Of a stretch of DNA of 64,000 bases, positions 58,164-64,000 are shown piece after piece. Under the pieces are notes generated by a model. That model made no database searches, was not told the origin of the DNA, and saw only the letters and a list, made by a program, of their open reading frames with translations. Source of the stretch: an uncultured Mycoplasmatota bacterium (GTDB taxonomy: Bacteria > Bacillota_I > Bacilli_A > RF39 > UBA660); assembly GCA_947574215.1 (NCBI GenBank), contig CANPIX010000001.1, positions 15,201-79,200 on the forward strand. The letters run 5' to 3'. The number at the start of each line of letters is the position of its first letter. Position 1 is the stretch's first letter. Position numbers and translations under genes: made by a program.

Positions 58164-59084
58164 TTATTTTTCTCTTCTAAAGAGGTTCAGAAAAAACTCT
58201 ATGATTTTCATTAAAAAACATGTAGTAGGTACTTTTTCATCGGTTAGGTCTTTTTCTTTGGCGTATCCGTTTTTATCGGTTTTATATGGGGCATTTATTC
58301 CCTTTTGTTGATTGGTATCTTGTATGGTTACTTTTTTATTTTGATACATTTTTTTTATGGTAGTTCCATTTTCATCTTTATATAGTGGTCCATTTAAATA
58401 AGCCGTATCTCCTTTTTTGTATTTTAAGGAAACATTTTCTTTCTCTTCTAAATGATTTAGACCATTTTTACGAATAATTTCTGGATAGTCATAAAACGCT
58501 TTGTCCCCATCCACACGAGATTCAATTCCGGGAATTTTATCATGATCTGTATATTGCCATAATCCACTACTCCCACGATAAGAAAAGTCTTTTCCCCATT
58601 CAGCAACCCATTTGTCGTATTTAGAAAGTTTTTCATCATTTAGTATTCCATTTAAGGTACTCAAGCTTGCGTAAATTCCTACGTAATAACCTGCACTTTC
58701 TATTTTTTCACAATAATGATTAACAATATCAACAAGCTTTTCTTTTGGCAAAGTAAGTTGATCTCTTTCTTCAACATCCAAGAATACAGGATATTCTAAT
58801 TGTTTATCTTTAATTAAACGAAGAGTATGTTCCGCTTCACTTTCTGCCATATTTAAGTTGGTAGCGTAACTAAATAAATACACTCCATAAGGTATAGAAA
58901 GTCTTTCACATTCACTTGCATTTCTTTCAAATTTTACGTCATCTTGACTTTTCGTATTGTTTCCCCAACCACATCGAAGAATAGCAAAATCTATATATTT
59001 TTTTGTTTCTTCCCAATTTATTTCTCCTTGATAACTAGATACATCGATTCCTTTTTTCATTGAATCACCTCCTATACTATACAA
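58164..59084 (-). CDS. GH25 family lysozyme (muramidase) with C-terminal binding domain
   Basis: GIDVSSYQGEINWEETKKYIDFAILRCGWG. DVKFERNASECERLSIPYGVYLFSYA. Confidence 0.8.
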   Translation of the reverse strand: MYSIGGDSMKKGIDVSSYQGEINWEETKKYIDFAILRCGWGNNTKSQDDVKFERNASECERLSIPYGVYLFSYATNLNMAESEAEHTLRLIKDKQLEYPVFLDVEERDQLTLPKEKLVDIVNHYCEKIESAGYYVGIYASLSTLNGILNDEKLSKYDKWVAEWGKDFSYRGSSGLWQYTDHDKIPGIESRVDGDKAFYDYPEIIRKNGLNHLEEKENVSLKYKKGDTAYLNGPLYKDENGTTIKKMYQNKKVTIQDTNQQKGINAPYKTDKNGYAKEKDLTDEKVPTTCFLMKIIEFFLNLFRREK

Positions 59085-59229
59085 TATGAAGAAATTTATT
59101 TTTTGCGTAGTTTAAATGTCACAACTTTTTTTATTTTGCATATATGCTTTTTTATTCATTTTGTTTTTCTTTTTAATAGAATAAAAACAAAAAAACCATT
59201 GAAGTTCATCAATGGCTTTATTGTAATAA

Positions 59230-59814
59230 TTATGCTCCTTGTCTTCCTAGATATTCAATTACTATAGTTAATAAAGGATTTGTAAAATAAGAAGTTGAAC
59301 TAATATTTGGCAAATCAGGGGAATCTAAATAAATATTCTGATCCGTTAAATTTACCAATTCGTACAAATCCGTTGTATTGTTTATTGCGATTATACCTTG
59401 TCCTACCAATTGTATTGGTATCTCTTCTGTTGTAAACTGACTTGTTCCAATATAAATGTTGTCTGTTCCAACTTTTTTAAATCCAAGAGATACAAAATCG
59501 GTTGTTTTATCAAATACATTATTTTTATGTAAAACATAAGCATTTACTGTAAAAGTAATTTTATAATAACCTTCCATATTAAACTTAATCGTTTCATCTG
59601 TAGTATCTAGCGTAATTAAATCACTGATATCTAATTCTTCTCTATCAATAGGAAGTCGATCTTTTGCAGGAACGGCGAGTCCATTACCTAATGTACCATT
59701 ATTGAAAGTGGCAAGATAAGCAGAGCGAGCAATGTTTGTTCCTGCGGGTCCAACTGGTCCTGTTGCACCTTGCGGAATTGTAAAATTTATTTCATAACTT
59801 TCGCCTTGGTTCAT
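59230..59814 (-). CDS. BclA-like short-collagen-triplet protein with C-terminal C1q/TNF-like domain (paralog 1)
   Basis: N-terminal motif YEINFTIPQGATGPVGPAG followed by a beta-rich ~160-aa domain. Confidence 0.5.
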   Translation of the reverse strand: MNQGESYEINFTIPQGATGPVGPAGTNIARSAYLATFNNGTLGNGLAVPAKDRLPIDREELDISDLITLDTTDETIKFNMEGYYKITFTVNAYVLHKNNVFDKTTDFVSLGFKKVGTDNIYIGTSQFTTEEIPIQLVGQGIIAINNTTDLYELVNLTDQNIYLDSPDLPNISSTSYFTNPLLTIVIEYLGRQGA

Positions 59815-59836
59815 CGAAATTTCCTTTCTTAAAATA

Positions 59837-60175
59837 CTAAGGAGTCGTATTGGTTGGTGTTATCGTTACACTTGCTTGACTACCTGCAGCTCCTGTTGTT
59901 ACAGTTCCTATTACTAATCTAGGCGCTGGTCCTGTTGGTCCTTCTGCTCCTTGTACTCCTTGTGGTCCGACTGGTCCTGTCGGTCCTTCTGCTCCTTGTG
60001 GTCCTGCTGGCCCTGCTATTCCTTGGTCTCCTTTTTCTCCTTTATCCCCTTGTGGTCCCATAGCTCCTGGATCCCCTTGGTCTCCTTTTGGTCCTTGAGC
60101 TCCTTGTGGAATTACAAAATCAAGTGTATAACTAGATGCATTATTTGCATCTGCATAAATATCATTAAAATCCAT
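59837..60175 (-). CDS. collagen-like GXY-repeat protein (paralog 2, lacks globular C-domain)
   Basis: [20 protein letters not shown], about 20 GXY triplets, and C-terminal [20 protein letters not shown]. Confidence 0.5.
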   Translation of the reverse strand: MDFNDIYADANNASSYTLDFVIPQGAQGPKGDQGDPGAMGPQGDKGEKGDQGIAGPAGPQGAEGPTGPVGPQGVQGAEGPTGPAPRLVIGTVTTGAAGSQASVTITPTNTTP

Positions 60176-60195
60176 ATTTTTTTTCCTTTCTTTTT

Positions 60196-60642
60196 TTAAT
60201 TCGATGGTGTAATAGTTACTTTTGCGGGTGTACCTGGTGCTCCCGTTATAACTTTCCCTATCATAAATGTTGGTGCTATACCATCTTCACCAGCGGGTCC
60301 TGTTGGTCCTGGTATCCCTTGAATACCTTGCGGTCCAGTTGGTCCGATAGATCCAGAAGGCCCTTGTAGTCCTTGTGGTCCCATTGGTCCTGTTGCTCCA
60401 TTTGGAATTGTAAATTCTAAAACTGAATTTTCATTAGTTCCTACATTTTTAACAGACGCATCGCTTCCTGGAGCACCTTGTATTGTTCTACCAACCGTTA
60501 CAGTGGCAGGTCCTTGTGGTCCTGTTGGTCCTGTTGGTCCTATGATTCCACGACTTGAACAACAACATCCTTGTACAGAATGATTTCTGTTGTAACTTTC
60601 CACATATTCACACGCTTTTTGGTATTCTCTACTATTGTTCAT
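60196..60642 (-). CDS. collagen-like GXY-repeat protein (paralog 3, internally duplicated motifs)
   Basis: [12 protein letters not shown]. Internal [17 protein letters not shown]-terminal [19 protein letters not shown]. Confidence 0.5.
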   Translation of the reverse strand: MNNSREYQKACEYVESYNRNHSVQGCCCSSRGIIGPTGPTGPQGPATVTVGRTIQGAPGSDASVKNVGTNENSVLEFTIPNGATGPMGPQGLQGPSGSIGPTGPQGIQGIPGPTGPAGEDGIAPTFMIGKVITGAPGTPAKVTITPSN

Positions 60643-60765
60643 GTTTCTCTCCTTTCATAAGTAATATATGAAGGGAAATCATTTTTCGTATGTTGATTTG
60701 CCTTATAGAAATTCATTTTCACAAAAAAAGATATATTCTAAAAACTTATATATCCTTATGTTATA

Positions 60766-61251
60766 TTAATCGATTTTCTTTATGACAAGGCTTGCATTTT
60801 CATCGATTGCAACTTCTGTTTCCACATCAGAGGCAATTATAATTCTTATAGTACTATCTTTTTGCAAGTTACAAATTGTATTACCACTAAATACGGTTTT
60901 TTCATTGATAGCTAATGATTTGGTCTTTTCTGTTGCTAAAACTAAATCTCCGTTATCCCAAACTGATAAAGTTATATTGGCCTTTTTTGAAGTGGCAACG
61001 TCTACAACAAAACTTATCTCATAGATACCATTTTGTTCAATTGCAATACTATTTTCTGTAGTATAATTCATATGATTTGCAAGCATTTTATCATTTAAAG
61101 GAAGAATTACAGAGTTATTTATTCCCAAATGCAACACATTTAAACAATTACTATAAATTCCTCCATAAGCATTCAGTCCATTGGATGGTCCAACAGGACC
61201 TGTTGGTCCTTGTGGAATTGTAAAATCCAACACAAAGTTTTTCGGTTTCAT
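60766..61251 (-). CDS. BclA-like protein (paralog 4)
   Basis: [16 protein letters not shown]-motif and a beta-rich C-domain. Confidence 0.5.
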   Translation of the reverse strand: MKPKNFVLDFTIPQGPTGPVGPSNGLNAYGGIYSNCLNVLHLGINNSVILPLNDKMLANHMNYTTENSIAIEQNGIYEISFVVDVATSKKANITLSVWDNGDLVLATEKTKSLAINEKTVFSGNTICNLQKDSTIRIIIASDVETEVAIDENASLVIKKID

Positions 61252-61671
61252 ATTTTTTTCCTTTCTTTCTAATTAAAATTCAATTATTGACTATTACTTT
61301 TTATGATTTTATGTTTAAACATTCGTATTCATTTTTCATAAATAAAATTTATTTTTGAATATTAATATTGATTATTTAAAAAATTCTTAATTTTACATCT
61401 ATTTTTTATAAAGTAAAACAGACTAAACTTTTCTATTTTCTTGTTAAATAAAAATTTAATTAACTTTTTAAGTGTTTGGAGTATTGTTCTATTTTCTTAA
61501 TATTGACTAGAATTTTATTTTTCAAGTAGACCTTATAAAGTTTATATAAAATTTTTCTACTAATTCAAAAGATAATCTTTTCCTTTTCTAATTTTTTTTA
61601 ACAGCAAATTATCTTTACACTATTTTATGAAAAAGAAAAAAAATCGTTCCAAAACAAAAAAAATTTCCTTT

Positions 61672-62148
61672 TTAATAAGGAAACTTTTTGATAATTAAAT
61701 TAGCATTTTCTAAAATTCCGTTGGAAGTGCTACTTTTATTAAATTCTATAACTAATCGAACAGAAGAATTTGCTTTTAAAATTTTTGTTTGTGAAAAATA
61801 AATTTCTTGCGAATTGTCTAATGAAATTGTTATAAAATTTTCTTCTACTCCATTGTCTTCGGTTTTTATAATTACAGAAGAACTTGTAGTGGAACCTGTT
61901 TCTTTTAATCTACCACTAAAAGAGATTTCATAATATCCTATTTCATTTAAAAAAATCGTGTTATTTGTAAATGCAAATATATTAAAATTTTCTGGTACAA
62001 CATTAGTTCTTATTAAAGTTAAATAACTAGCTGATGTAGCGTTTTCAAAATTTGTATAAAAAATCGCTGTAATTCCAATGGGACCTGTGGGTCCTGTTGG
62101 TCCTTCTGGTATGATAAAATCAAGTGTATAGTCTGAATCCAAATCCAT
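61672..62148 (-). CDS. BclA-like protein (paralog 5)
   Basis: [18 protein letters not shown]-motif and a beta-rich C-domain ending LIIKKF. Confidence 0.5.
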   Translation of the reverse strand: MDLDSDYTLDFIIPEGPTGPTGPIGITAIFYTNFENATSASYLTLIRTNVVPENFNIFAFTNNTIFLNEIGYYEISFSGRLKETGSTTSSSVIIKTEDNGVEENFITISLDNSQEIYFSQTKILKANSSVRLVIEFNKSSTSNGILENANLIIKKFPY

Positions 62149-62163
62149 AGTTTCCTCCCATTT

Positions 62164-62652
62164 TTACAATTTTTGAAAAGAAAAACGTTTTATATTTAAA
62201 GAAACATTTTCTAATAAAGCGTCTGAATTTCCATTTTTTTGAAAAATAATAGCTACTTTTTGTAAAGAGCCATATTCTCCCATTTTGATTTGAGAAAAAA
62301 ATATTTCTTTGGTTCCCGTTTGCAATTCTATTGAAATTAAATTATTAGAAAATCCATTAGTATTTTGAGTTTTTAAGATAACATTGGCACCTAAATTCGT
62401 GTTTGTTTCTTTAATCGTTCCTGTTAAAGTATACTGAAAATACCCTGTATCTGTAAAATAGATATATTCATCATCAGACGTAAAAAGAGAAGAATCTGGT
62501 GGAGATTTAAATGTATTTAAAATCATTAAATTGCCATTCGTTGAAGAAGGATTGTACGTAACGTATATGTTTGGCTCATTGGCAATAGGTCCAGTAGGTC
62601 CTGTAATTCCCCTAGGTATCGTAAAATCTATTTTGTATTCTTTTGCATTCAT
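62164..62652 (-). CDS. BclA-like protein (paralog 6)
   Basis: IDFTIPRGITGPTGPIA N-motif and a beta-rich C-domain ending LNIKRF. Confidence 0.5.
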   Translation of the reverse strand: MNAKEYKIDFTIPRGITGPTGPIANEPNIYVTYNPSSTNGNLMILNTFKSPPDSSLFTSDDEYIYFTDTGYFQYTLTGTIKETNTNLGANVILKTQNTNGFSNNLISIELQTGTKEIFFSQIKMGEYGSLQKVAIIFQKNGNSDALLENVSLNIKRFSFQKL

Positions 62653-62744
62653 ATAATCTTCTCTTTTTCTATTTTATAAATTGTATGGTTTTATTCTAAG
62701 AATTATGAATTTTTTGAAAAACAAATAAATAGATTTATTCTTTA

Positions 62745-63893
62745 TTAAGCTAGTTTTTGTTTCTTTTTAGAGAGAATATTTGTCCCTATCACGAATCCTA
62801 AAGCAAATAAAAGTAGTACTCCCATATTTAAGAAGATGGGTTTTAAACTTTCAAAGTCAAAAACTTCCAAAGTCTTCAAAATTTCATTGGTTTTAATAAA
62901 ATAATAGGAAGGCAAAACGTGCGCTATAAAAAGAACGCTATTAGGAAGCCACTCCATCGGTACAAAAGTACCACATAAGAAACTAGAACCAAGGGCAATT
63001 ACATTAATAATTCCGTTCAAAGCATTTTTATTGGTTACTATATTTCCTAATAAAAAGGAAAGTGTAAGAGCACAAAAAGTAAAGACAAAAGAATTTAAAA
63101 TATAAAATAAGCCATGCATTGTAAACATATTTTTTCCTATAAGAACCAAACTTAATAAAATATAAAATAACCAGAATAAAAAGGCAAACAAACTATTGGA
63201 AAAAAGCAAAATTCGATTGTATTTTTTATAAGGAATGCTACTAATAATTGTTCTTTTTTGAATGGACTTATTTTTAAAGCTAGATAGAATTAAACATAGA
63301 ACATAAATCGTTCCTGCTAAAATACAATAATTGGTAAAATTAAAATATAAAGCCATTTTATTTAAAGATTCTGTATCCAATTCCGATTTTATTTCTACTT
63401 TCACTTCAGTAGTTAACGTTTCGTTAATTTTTCCAATTAATTCCTCTTCTGTTAATTCTAAATTCAAATAAGAATTGGCTATATTTAAATATCTTTCTAA
63501 CATTCTATTTACTAAAGAAGAAGCGTAATCGTGTAAGCTTTTAATAGAAATCGTTGGATTCTTTTTGCTCAGTAAGTCTTTGTGGAAATTTTGGGGAATC
63601 TCTACTATAAAATTTACGCTTCTATAAAATAAAGCATCGTTTCGTTTTTCTTCTATATTTTCTATTTCTACAACTTCACAATGTGTAGAAAGGTAAGTAA
63701 TTAAATCTTTGGTTACTCCTACAAATTCATCTTTATTGACAATGATAATTTTCGGTTTACTTGGAGAAAAAGACATTGTATTTTCATTTGTTTTCATATT
63801 AAAGCTTGTAAAGAAAATTAAAATAACTGTGTATAAAAGAATCGGTGCTTTACATTTATTTAATACTTTTAAAAAAGTTTTAAATATGGTCAT
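62745..63893 (-). CDS. ABC-2/YhgE-like transporter permease
   Basis: N-terminal TM helix, ~150-aa extracytoplasmic loop, then 5 TM helices. Confidence 0.5.
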   Translation of the reverse strand: MTIFKTFLKVLNKCKAPILLYTVILIFFTSFNMKTNENTMSFSPSKPKIIIVNKDEFVGVTKDLITYLSTHCEVVEIENIEEKRNDALFYRSVNFIVEIPQNFHKDLLSKKNPTISIKSLHDYASSLVNRMLERYLNIANSYLNLELTEEELIGKINETLTTEVKVEIKSELDTESLNKMALYFNFTNYCILAGTIYVLCLILSSFKNKSIQKRTIISSIPYKKYNRILLFSNSLFAFLFWLFYILLSLVLIGKNMFTMHGLFYILNSFVFTFCALTLSFLLGNIVTNKNALNGIINVIALGSSFLCGTFVPMEWLPNSVLFIAHVLPSYYFIKTNEILKTLEVFDFESLKPIFLNMGVLLLFALGFVIGTNILSKKKQKLA

Positions 63894-64000
63894 ATTTTTG
63901 CCTCCTTAAATAAATTATGGCGATAAATAGTAAAAGTATAGAAAAGACTACTAGACGAATACAGTTATAAAAAAATCTATCATACGTTGTATAGTAATAC

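Noticed and set aside
1-64000. Possibility of an alternative genetic code (UGA=Trp) given low GC
   Set aside because: Large genes (nrdD 719 aa, pepF 598 aa, gltX 553 aa, GDPD 609 aa) are uninterrupted with TGA treated as stop. Trp is encoded by TGG.
1-64000. CRISPR arrays or rRNA genes
   Set aside because: No regularly spaced direct repeats and no rRNA-like conserved stretches were seen anywhere in the window.

Overview
Low-GC (~28% GC) chromosomal segment with a Firmicutes-like gene repertoire, read with the standard genetic code: long ORFs are intact, Trp is encoded by TGG and stops are mostly TAA.

It is mostly housekeeping and accessory genes. These include an infC-rpmI-rplT operon, a sufC-sufD(mini)-sufS-sufU operon, nrdD-nrdG, gltX, murB, pepF, two two-component systems and a Y-family polymerase with its YolD partner. 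There are two tRNA genes: an elongator tRNA-Met(CAU) and an unusual tRNA-Glu with anticodon CUC. An array of six collagen-like, BclA-like paralogs lies near the 3' end of the window.

The standout is a complete diversity-generating retroelement (DGR) at about 29.3-35.1 kb on the minus strand. An Avd-like gene is followed by a 74-bp template repeat (TR), then a reverse transcriptase with DGR-type motifs. Next comes a 695-aa target gene whose variable repeat (VR) differs from TR almost only at TR adenines. The VR sits in a small N-terminal C-type-lectin-like domain that is fused to a MoxR/AAA_5 ATPase. The target is co-operonic with a 129-aa protein and a protein carrying an HExxH metallopeptidase-like N-terminus and a VWA-like C-terminus. 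This is a hypermutated sensor wired into a MoxR-vWA NTPase module, which is an unusual DGR target architecture.

Other notable items:
- Ribosomal protein L20 carries a C-terminal Rho_N-like extension.
- infC has a non-AUG start, with a putative L20 leader and a σA-like promoter upstream.
- A perfect 20-bp palindrome overlaps the promoter of a Crp/Fnr-like regulator next to nrdD.
- A LexA (Cheo) box precedes the Y-family polymerase.
- An HTH-XRE regulator is fused to a CYTH-like domain.
- The SUF operon has only a 218-aa SufD-like protein and no SufB.
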